Source: an uncultured archaeon (GTDB lineage: Archaea > Thermoplasmatota > Penumbrarchaeia > JASLWR01). Taken from it: a DNA stretch of 64,000 nt. Positions 56,253-64,000 of the stretch are shown in pieces; positions within the stretch are counted from its first letter, which is position 1, and every line of letters starts with the position of its first letter. Made by a program: the position numbers and the translations under genes. The notes beneath the pieces were generated by a model. The model made no database searches, was not told the origin of the DNA, and saw only the letters and a program-made list of their open reading frames with translations. The DNA lies in NCBI GenBank assembly GCA_964342815.1, contig CAYFHS010000017.1:1-64000 (forward strand), given 5' to 3'.

Positions 56253-57079
56253 GTTATTTCTCCTCTTTATTCTTTGCAAATCATATTTGTCCTGTTAATT
56301 GAGATTGATGAGTACACTACTTTTCCAGCATTTTCTGTCGTTGGTGGACTTTACTTTCAATGGTCCTTGCTATTCCTATCCATCAGTCTACATCCAATTT
56401 ATCAGGACGTTCTTTTCCATTTGTTTTTTCCGGTCATACTCCTGGTGAGGTGGTACGACCTACAAGTCTATGGAAACTTTTCTCTGGTGATATACCCATG
56501 GGAAACCCATGAACACATCGTTTTCATTCCGGAGTGACATGCAATTTGGGTTAGCTAGAAATGTTTCCATCAACCTTCGCTGATCTTGCATTTTACACCG
56601 GATATGACTTCATGTGAGAGATAAGACATCCTTGCTTTATTTGGCAGGTCACTACATGTCAATGGTGACTCACCGTCAAGTGTGTCTTTATTATAAAATC
56701 AAAAACCAGTTCATACCACCTTACTTCAAATTACTGCTGTAACCTTCTCCGCCGCCAGAGTTATATTATCTCTCGAAGCCCGAAATGGGAAATTCCCATG
56801 TATTGAGAGAGGAGGATGTTGAAGTGTTATCTTGGAATTACCATCACCGGTAATGCCTTAACCGGTAGCAATATTAATTTATTATCGCAAGGTGATCAAA
56901 CTAGTTGTATGATTTTATTATATTAGATCATTTCCAAATTACTTGTGTTCCCTCTTATATCGTCCAAATCCTATAAATACATTATGAGATAAATTAGTTA
57001 TAGATTAAATTAAATTAGGGGGGTATATTCGCAGTGGTACGACAACGAGAACGGATATAAATTTATCGAGGGAATTCCA

Positions 57080-58087
57080 ATGACTTTGGCCACCCAGACG
57101 TGGAAGAACATCAACTTCTTTTCGGAATACGGCTTCTATGATAAGATAATCGGTACTCTAAAACTCATCGAAAGAGGCCAGGACATGCGGCAGATATTTG
57201 CATATTTCAATATAGAGGAATCTTCAGCATTCAAATCCCAAAAGGAAATGGAAAAAAAATTGATCGATAAACTGTTTGTCGAGACACTGCACTTTATCGA
57301 GAAAAAGGAAGACTCTTTAGCGTTGACCGAAGACGGTGTTATCATATTGGAAAACCACAAGTCAGGAGAAGTAAGTTACAATAAGCAACTTGTATTTCTG
57401 TACCTAGCCAGGAACTCCGGTGGTTTTCTCAATATCTTTTACAGCCTACGGGAAGGGGGCCGCATCGGACGGGAAGAAATAATAACCAAGGTCAACTCAG
57501 AAAGAGAAAAGGAGGAATTCTCATCCAGAAAAAGATGGCGGGATTTTCAGGAAAGATTGAGGTGGTTCCAGGAACTTGGTATAGTGAAGGAGTTCGATGA
57601 CGGTAGTTTCATGCTGACCTATTCGGGTAAACAATTATTCGCTCGTATGCAGAAAAAGAAAAGCGGATCTGATAATATTAAGAATGAACCGTTGAAAACG
57701 GAAAAAGAGCCGGAAATGAGCAGTAAAACCCTACCCGTAAATACCCTCAACCAGCTACCTGTGGAAAACAGGGATCGGATCACGGGCAAGATAAACAATA
57801 GGCGGTTTGGGATACGAATCGACGACGATGTTATCGTATATATCGTGGGAGGGGATACCCTGAGGGTAATAGAGGGCAGAGTCCTTCATCACAAGAGCGG
57901 GCTTCATCTGGTGGATTCTGACGGTTATTATCACCGGATATCCTACGATTGGGTAACCGACATAGTTATCAAGAAACACAACAGGCCCCATCCAAAGGAC
58001 GACAAGGAGCGGGTCACGCGGAAAAAAAGAAAGACCAAACCGGCGAAACCCAAAGAACCGGATAATCTCAACACTGCCTATCTTTGA
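57080..58087 (+). CDS. Hypothetical protein with tandem winged-helix domains and a C-terminal small beta (Sm/SH3-like) domain
   Basis: Two wHTH-wing motifs (LHFIEK...LALTEDG; RLRWFQELGIV.....FMLTYSG), linker, all-beta C-domain. Confidence 0.7.
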   Translation: MTLATQTWKNINFFSEYGFYDKIIGTLKLIERGQDMRQIFAYFNIEESSAFKSQKEMEKKLIDKLFVETLHFIEKKEDSLALTEDGVIILENHKSGEVSYNKQLVFLYLARNSGGFLNIFYSLREGGRIGREEIITKVNSEREKEEFSSRKRWRDFQERLRWFQELGIVKEFDDGSFMLTYSGKQLFARMQKKKSGSDNIKNEPLKTEKEPEMSSKTLPVNTLNQLPVENRDRITGKINNRRFGIRIDDDVIVYIVGGDTLRVIEGRVLHHKSGLHLVDSDGYYHRISYDWVTDIVIKKHNRPHPKDDKERVTRKKRKTKPAKPKEPDNLNTAYL

Positions 58088-58094
58088 GCTGCCA

Positions 58095-59624
58095 TTGTCG
58101 AACATATTCTTTTTTTACGACTTGGGGGATTTTCGGTTGGAGAAGAGAGCGGCTGAACTTGCAAGAATTATAGATAAAAAGGATTTCGTAAAGATCGTGA
58201 CGCATATAGATGCTGACGGTATAACAGCGGGATCCATAGCGTCAGTGGTGCTGGAAAGGAGGGGAATTCCCCACAAAGTAGAATTCCTGAAACAACTGGA
58301 CATTGCTGCAATAGACCGTTTAAAGAACGAAAAAAATCCTCTGGTGTGGTTCACGGACCTGGGTGCCGGAATGCTTGAGCACCTGGAGGGACTCCAGTGC
58401 ATTATTTGCGACCATCATGTTCCCTCCGCGGCTAAGCCCAGTAAACCACCGAAGCTGGAGCGTGATCAGATCACCGATATACTGGCCTTCAGCGAAGCTA
58501 TTGCGAGTAACAGCGGAGATGATGATACAGTCCAACCACTTCAGCTTAATCCACACCTTTTCGGGTGGGATGGCTCCAATGACTTGTCCGGTGCAGGTGC
58601 AGCCTACCTCGTGGGTAAGGCCTTATCGATGAAAAACCGTGACCTCGCCGCACTTGCCATAGTGGGGGCTGTTGGGGATATACAAGCGGAAAAGGAACGA
58701 AAGCTAACCGGTACAAATAGAGATATCCTTCGGGACGGGATCGAATCAGGAGTGGTGAACGCGTTGACCGACATTTACCTTTTTGGAAGGGAAACAAGGC
58801 CGGTTTACAAGTTATTACAGTATTCATCCGACATTATTCTGCCTGGTCTTAGCAACCACGAGCGGAATTGCGTAGCATTTCTCGAGAACCTCGATATAGA
58901 ACAGAAGGACGGGGAGAGATGGTTATCATGGACCGAGCTTTCACCGGAAAACAGGAGAAAGATCATTTCAGAGCTGGTAAGATTGTTGATCGAAAAGGGA
59001 TTCGGTCACAGCAGCGCGATGAAGCTTATCGGAGAGGTGTACGAACTGCCGCGGGAAAAGGAAAACACCGAACTTCGTGACGCAAAGGAATTTTCAACCC
59101 TGCTGAATTCATGCGGCAGGTACAAGAACGCATACGTGGGATACAAGGTCTGTGTCGGAGACAGGGGAGAATATCTCCAGAAGGCCCTGGGTCTCCTTAG
59201 GGGTCACAGACAGACCCTGGTAGACTGCTTGAAGACTTTAAAGGAGAACGGGCTTGTTGTAATGGAGAAACTGCAGTATTTCGACGGTGGGGATCGGATA
59301 CCCGAAAGCGTTGTTGGAATCGTGGCCAACATGGTGCTGTCACAGGATGAAGTGGATTCATCACTACCCGTCTTCGGGTTTGCAAACAGCGAGGATGACG
59401 GGATGATCAAAGTGTCCGCAAGGGGAAGCCAGACTCTGGTCTCAAATGGATTGAAACTGAACGAAGTTATGAATGCCGCTGCCAAGCAACTTGGTGGTAT
59501 CGGTGGAGGACATAATATTGCTGCAGGAGCCACCATTCCGGAGAACAGAAAAGAAGAATTTTTAAGGGTGGCAGAGACGATGATTGTTAAGCAACTCCAT
59601 AAAGGTGGAAAGCTGATAAAATAG
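58095..59624 (+). CDS. RecJ-like DHH/DHHA1 phosphoesterase (archaeal RecJ/GAN family)
   Basis: THIDADG, FTDLGAG, CDHH, DLSGAG, GAVGD, KVSARG, GGGH..AAGA; true start may be TTG 58137. Confidence 0.9.
   Translation: MSNIFFFYDLGDFRLEKRAAELARIIDKKDFVKIVTHIDADGITAGSIASVVLERRGIPHKVEFLKQLDIAAIDRLKNEKNPLVWFTDLGAGMLEHLEGLQCIICDHHVPSAAKPSKPPKLERDQITDILAFSEAIASNSGDDDTVQPLQLNPHLFGWDGSNDLSGAGAAYLVGKALSMKNRDLAALAIVGAVGDIQAEKERKLTGTNRDILRDGIESGVVNALTDIYLFGRETRPVYKLLQYSSDIILPGLSNHERNCVAFLENLDIEQKDGERWLSWTELSPENRRKIISELVRLLIEKGFGHSSAMKLIGEVYELPREKENTELRDAKEFSTLLNSCGRYKNAYVGYKVCVGDRGEYLQKALGLLRGHRQTLVDCLKTLKENGLVVMEKLQYFDGGDRIPESVVGIVANMVLSQDEVDSSLPVFGFANSEDDGMIKVSARGSQTLVSNGLKLNEVMNAAAKQLGGIGGGHNIAAGATIPENRKEEFLRVAETMIVKQLHKGGKLIK
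58107..58116 (+). terminator. Oligo(dT) archaeal terminator-like tract after the wHTH gene
   Basis: TTCTTTTTTT about 20 nt after the stop at 58087. Confidence 0.35.
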
Positions 59625-59642
59625 TCCAAGCGGAGCGATATA

Positions 59643-60611
59643 TCATAATCTGTCATGGACGTCCAAAACGATCCTGAGCATTTTTCGATCCAGGTTGCTT
59701 CCAGAAAGTATCACAGCAGTAGGTCCCGCAGGTTTATAACTTTCCGACAGCAGTGCTGCAACGCCCGCAGCCCCCGAGGGCTCCACCACCAGTTTAAGTT
59801 CTTCATGACAGAAGCGGGTGGCGGCAAAGATCGCTTTTTCCGTTACTTTCACCGGAGCCGGCCCATCTTTTAGTATCTGAAATGCTATTGCACCGATCTT
59901 TCTGGTGTGAAGCCCCTCGGCGCAGGTGGGTTTGGGCTCGATCTCAACCAATTCTCCAGCACTATGAGCAGCCGAGAAGGAGGCGCAGTTCTCCGGCTCA
60001 ACCCCAATTACATCTACATTCGGCCTGGTATGAGCCAAACCCAGGTTTACACCCGAGATCAGACCTCCGCCGCCCACGGGAACCAGTACTGCGTGAAGGT
60101 CGGAAGGTGCGTCCTCGTTCAACTCGAGTCCCACGGTTCCTTGTCCTGCCAGAACCTGCGGGATGTTGAACGGGTGCAGAAAATAGTAACCTTCTCCAGC
60201 CAATTCCTCGGCTTTCCCCTCGCAATCATCGTAATTTTCACCGAAACGCAAAACCCTGGCGCCCGCATTCTTTATTATTTCTACTTTATTCGAAGGAGCA
60301 TCTTCGGGTACGATAATAAACGCTTTCACACCGGCCCTCTCGGCTGCCAGTGCCACCGCTATCCCGTGGTTTCCCGAGGAAGCCGTTATCACTCCCTTTA
60401 GTCTAGCCTCCTTGCTCAATAGAGAAATTGCATTGGTAGCGCCGCGGTACTTGAAAGCCCCTCCCGGCTGGAGACACTCGGGTTTGAGATAGATATCCCA
60501 ACCGGTGATCTCCGACAATATCCCCGAGTAAATAAGAGGCGTACGGAGGGCTTTTCCACGAATCCTTTTTGCCGCAGTCTGTATATCTTCCAGGGTGGGA
60601 ATTGAATTCAC
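59643..60611 (-). CDS. ilvA: PLP-dependent threonine/serine dehydratase (short form, no ACT domain)
   Basis: RTPL, K.ECLQ.GGAFKYRGA, SSGNHG, HPF......AGQGTVG.E, VPVGGGGL.SG, VEPSGAAG.AA, SGSN. Confidence 0.92.
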   Translation of the reverse strand: MNSIPTLEDIQTAAKRIRGKALRTPLIYSGILSEITGWDIYLKPECLQPGGAFKYRGATNAISLLSKEARLKGVITASSGNHGIAVALAAERAGVKAFIIVPEDAPSNKVEIIKNAGARVLRFGENYDDCEGKAEELAGEGYYFLHPFNIPQVLAGQGTVGLELNEDAPSDLHAVLVPVGGGGLISGVNLGLAHTRPNVDVIGVEPENCASFSAAHSAGELVEIEPKPTCAEGLHTRKIGAIAFQILKDGPAPVKVTEKAIFAATRFCHEELKLVVEPSGAAGVAALLSESYKPAGPTAVILSGSNLDRKMLRIVLDVHDRL

Positions 60612-60717
60612 GCACCTGCTGAATGTCGGATTTGTTAAAATAGATATTCATATATTACGTGGAAAGATTAAAAAGAGTTTCCGTTATTACCTCCTTGAAT
60701 TTTAATGGTGGTTTCAG

Positions 60718-61689
60718 ATGGGATTGTTCGGAAAAGGAAAGGAGAAACGGGTCAATCTCGATTTCAGGGCAGTCAATCGGATGGAAAGAGAAAAATTTTT
60801 TCATCTTTTACGGCAGCAGGGTTGGTCCGAAATGGAAAACTCATTCGAATTCGACAAGAACTGGGAAGTGGAAAGGATAAGAAGAGCTGCAAAGGCCTAT
60901 GCACAAAAACTGGGAGCAGAGCTGTTGGTGGAGATCGAAGATCCGGCATTTTCCTCGAATCCCTACAACGATCTCGTCTATTATGTTTTCAAAAAAGGGG
61001 CACAAGCGAATACAACCACTCCTGCAAATCAACGCCAGCAGCTAAACCAGTCTTGGTACAGACATCAGCAGCCACCACAGCAAGCCCAGGCCCAGAATCC
61101 AAGCTACCCGACTTACCCTCAGAGAAATCCAGCCAACAACTGGAACTCGCAGAATTATCCCCAGACATCCAGCTATGATCCACGCTCCCAGATGTCAAGC
61201 CCCCGGAACACAGGGCCGCAGATAGATCCTTCCGCCGCATCCTTTCTTCCACCTGCGAACGCAAAACCCACGGAATTGTATCTGAGATCCACCTATCCCA
61301 GTTACTCCGAAATCTTTGTGGACTGCATGTCCAACATATCTAAGATGCTTTGTATGAAGCCCTGCCCCCTGCCCTTTGTCGACAACAAGGAATACATAGG
61401 TAAGAACGTGGTGCTGGCCAGAGGCGGATACAACCACATTGGGTCCCGAATGATGGACATCGTTCTTGTCAACCCCGAGACCGACGTGTATAATATGTAC
61501 GGCGATGAAGGGCACGACCCCAGTTTAAGAAGAGTACAATACATGAGGGACCACCTGGCGATAATCAAGACCGAAGGCCTGCCCAGGTTCGATACCCTAC
61601 CGGATTACGATAAGTTGGAAGAGACCCAGAAAAGTGATATCGCAAAATCCCTCTATACATACCTGGAACGATATCTTCCAAAAATATAA
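60718..61689 (+). CDS. Hypothetical protein: two globular domains joined by a Q/N/P/S/Y-rich low-complexity linker
   Basis: 323-aa ORF; GGTGG RBS-like sequence; protein-like composition; no recognised family. Confidence 0.7.
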   Translation: MGLFGKGKEKRVNLDFRAVNRMEREKFFHLLRQQGWSEMENSFEFDKNWEVERIRRAAKAYAQKLGAELLVEIEDPAFSSNPYNDLVYYVFKKGAQANTTTPANQRQQLNQSWYRHQQPPQQAQAQNPSYPTYPQRNPANNWNSQNYPQTSSYDPRSQMSSPRNTGPQIDPSAASFLPPANAKPTELYLRSTYPSYSEIFVDCMSNISKMLCMKPCPLPFVDNKEYIGKNVVLARGGYNHIGSRMMDIVLVNPETDVYNMYGDEGHDPSLRRVQYMRDHLAIIKTEGLPRFDTLPDYDKLEETQKSDIAKSLYTYLERYLPKI

Positions 61690-61702
61690 TTATTCTAATA
61701 AT

Positions 61703-64000
61703 CTAAATCTTTCTCTTGAGCAAAGAGGCCTCATTTATGACATCTATGAGGTCCTTTATTAGTACGTTCTGTTCGTCCAACTTGTTCTCGATTCGGTTTT
61801 CCAGCTCAGCCATTTCTTTCTGGCTTGCCGTACCATCGCTGATTATGCTTCTTTTCCGCCATCTTCTTTCCAAGAGAAACAGTATTACCGAGAATACAAG
61901 GAAAACTCCGGTTATTATCATTATTAAAAATAGGTTGTCCCATAACCTTACCAGCTCTCCTTCGGTAACCGTGGTTTCCATGACAGAGTTGTCCATGGTA
62001 TCTTTCAGGGCCCCACCGACAATCCTCGGATTCGTCCCATTGTAATATTCATGAAGATTGGTAACACCGTCTCGATTGGCATCTTTCTGTGCGTCGTTGG
62101 AATTGTATGGATCCAGGGAATAGCGGTTTTCCCACCAATCAGGCATTCCGTCGTAATCCGAATCTACGAAGACAAGGTCATAAGTGGAAGTTATGGGATT
62201 TGAATTTCTTAAATACTCTTCAAGGTTCGTTCTACCGTTATTGTTCCAGTCCTCGTTGGCATCCCCCGGTGCGGCGGGGTCCAATCCGTATCTCTTTTCC
62301 CACCAATCGGGAATCCCATCGCTGTCCGTATCGACGTTTTCCCCAAATTCCCTTGGTTCAACCACCATGAGACTAACTTGAATGCTCGCGGTTTTCCAAT
62401 CAAGGTCCATTGCGGTTATGGTGAGATTATAGGAGCCGGGCATTATCTCCGGGCCAACCGTCAGATCGATGGCAGCCTGACCTTTATGTAATAACATTCC
62501 TTTTGGTACTGCAATACCCAGATCCGTAAGGTCGATCTTAATCCAGTTAATATTATCCTCCTTATCATAATAATCCACGGTTATCCTGACCAGATCAAAT
62601 CCATCATTCATTACGCTGGAGGAAACCGCAGCATCGGTTAACTCAGGCGGGGAGCCAACGCTTACCACATCCAAATACACGCTTACGATACTGGAAGCAC
62701 CGGCACTGTCCACCGCCGTAATGTCCAATATTAACGTGGTATATGAATAGTTTTTCCAGACTGTAATCTCCAATGAATAAACGTAATCACCCGCCAATTC
62801 GTCTCCATGACTTCCATCATCATAGAGCGGTTCCGCACTCTCGCCACCGATTTGGCTTAGGTCTACAAGAACATTGTCAAGATTATCCTCCCGATCTATC
62901 ACCTCTACTGAGATGAGTGTCATATCTTCCCCGTCGTTTTTTACACTTTCAACCGCCAGGGGAGTAATCTCGGGAGCCTTGTTCCAGTCAAGAATCATAA
63001 GTGAGATAAATGCGCTGATTTCGTTGTTCCCGTTGTCTCTGATCCTGATCTCAAGGAGTTTTGCTCCTCCGGTACTGTTCAACGAAGCAGTTACCTCAAG
63101 TGAGAAAGTTCCATCGTCGGGATGAGTATCGCCGTGGGTTCCATCATCGTACATCAGGGCCTCTGGGATTCCCCCTAAAGGCGTTAGATCCACTGTTACT
63201 TCTCCCAGGCCGTTGTCATCTTCCACCTTCACGGAAAGAAGTGAAAACTCCGTTCCATCATTCTTTATAACCACGGGAGAAGAGGACATCTCCGTTGCCA
63301 TGGGAGGGAGATCCCTGAAATCACTTACTCTCATCTCCACTATACCCCCTACCTCATTACCGGACCAGTCTCGAACCGTCACAGGGAGATAATAGCTCAG
63401 AGGAGTGGTTGTTGTGGATATACCTGTCAATGTAAAGATACCGTCGTGCTTGAGGACATCACCATTGGCACCATCGTCATACATCTCTATATGATCGCCC
63501 ATACCAAGGGATGAGAGGTCGATGAAAACGTCCTTTATATCCAACAATCCATCTTTGTCAGATACCTCCACAGTGGCGTTCCCTTGGTGGACTCCATCAT
63601 TTATTAACTGATCGGAATGGACAGCTTCGATCACCGGCAGCTCTGAGCTATAACTGTAATCGGTCAGTACCTCGGTGGACTGGATCGTGTATTCATTAGT
63701 ACCCGACCATCCTGACCACAGATTATTTATTACCTGTTTCGTATAGAAACCGGTTTCAGCTGAAAAATATGTTACCACGGTTCCTCCCGACGGGGGACTG
63801 ATCGAATCTCCATCGGAATGGTATCCCCCAATATCAGTCCCACTGACCTTCCAACAATCGAAAGAACTCCCTGCTAAATGATAAGAAGCACCAGATTCAT
63901 AAGTCCCGGAGGGTATCGTCACAGACTGGGTCGAATCACTTATCCTACGCTGCATATCTATGTGATGTGACTCGTCCACGGCCTCATCGCCGTTGGTCTG
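61703..64000 (-). CDS. Choice-of-anchor X surface protein with TSP3-like DxDxDG repeats and TM anchor; 5' end outside the window
   Basis: Frame open to the window edge; MYDDG.(N/H)GD...D.(I/T/V)(F/Y) repeats; DSDGIPDWWE, DYDGMPDWWE; TM near the C-terminus. Confidence 0.85.
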   Translation of the reverse strand, partial: QTNGDEAVDESHHIDMQRRISDSTQSVTIPSGTYESGASYHLAGSSFDCWKVSGTDIGGYHSDGDSISPPSGGTVVTYFSAETGFYTKQVINNLWSGWSGTNEYTIQSTEVLTDYSYSSELPVIEAVHSDQLINDGVHQGNATVEVSDKDGLLDIKDVFIDLSSLGMGDHIEMYDDGANGDVLKHDGIFTLTGISTTTTPLSYYLPVTVRDWSGNEVGGIVEMRVSDFRDLPPMATEMSSSPVVIKNDGTEFSLLSVKVEDDNGLGEVTVDLTPLGGIPEALMYDDGTHGDTHPDDGTFSLEVTASLNSTGGAKLLEIRIRDNGNNEISAFISLMILDWNKAPEITPLAVESVKNDGEDMTLISVEVIDREDNLDNVLVDLSQIGGESAEPLYDDGSHGDELAGDYVYSLEITVWKNYSYTTLILDITAVDSAGASSIVSVYLDVVSVGSPPELTDAAVSSSVMNDGFDLVRITVDYYDKEDNINWIKIDLTDLGIAVPKGMLLHKGQAAIDLTVGPEIMPGSYNLTITAMDLDWKTASIQVSLMVVEPREFGENVDTDSDGIPDWWEKRYGLDPAAPGDANEDWNNNGRTNLEEYLRNSNPITSTYDLVFVDSDYDGMPDWWENRYSLDPYNSNDAQKDANRDGVTNLHEYYNGTNPRIVGGALKDTMDNSVMETTVTEGELVRLWDNLFLIMIITGVFLVFSVILFLLERRWRKRSIISDGTASQKEMAELENRIENKLDEQNVLIKDLIDVINEASLLKRKI

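Noticed and set aside
56067-56537. 156-aa plus-strand ORF
   Set aside because: Largely antisense to dnaG, low-complexity hydrophobic translation, no RBS
1-64000. tRNA, rRNA, CRISPR-cas, transposase, integrase or reverse transcriptase genes
   Set aside because: No T-arm GTTCGA/AATC cloverleaf, rRNA signature, repeat-spacer array or catalytic motifs recognised

Overview
Archaeal genomic DNA. The GGTGA/GGAG ribosome-binding sites, TATA boxes, aMBF1, NMD3, Sm, archaeal DnaG, AglB and PGF-CTERM and choice-of-anchor surface proteins point to Thermoplasmatota or a relative (an inference). From left to right the window holds: a truncated core methionine-synthase remnant; a sulfur/cofactor block (MoeB-type E1, Cys-type Thi4, SufS-like desulfurase with a small partner, FdhD, THUMP-less ThiI, CutA, NadA, IscS); a CcdA-TlpA-thioredoxin fusion; several giant surface proteins; a coiled-coil protein with three RING/PHD-like fingers; a non-discriminating AspRS; an accessory patch with one intact and several decayed toxin-antitoxin genes; an ABC exporter; yggS/NMD3/Sm; a ~2740-aa AglB fusion; a STAND-TPR protein; dnaG; a wHTH protein; a RecJ-like DHH protein; and threonine dehydratase. 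I found no tRNA, rRNA, CRISPR array or transposase. The most striking unexplained signal is a modular, covarying structured non-coding element present twice (~14882-15264 and ~43400-43633); the second copy appears to form the 5' leader of aglB. The next best is a standalone copy of the MoeB C-terminal domain, with a conserved Cys, encoded 1 nt after the SufS-like desulfurase. All family assignments come from motif recognition by eye, with no database searches.
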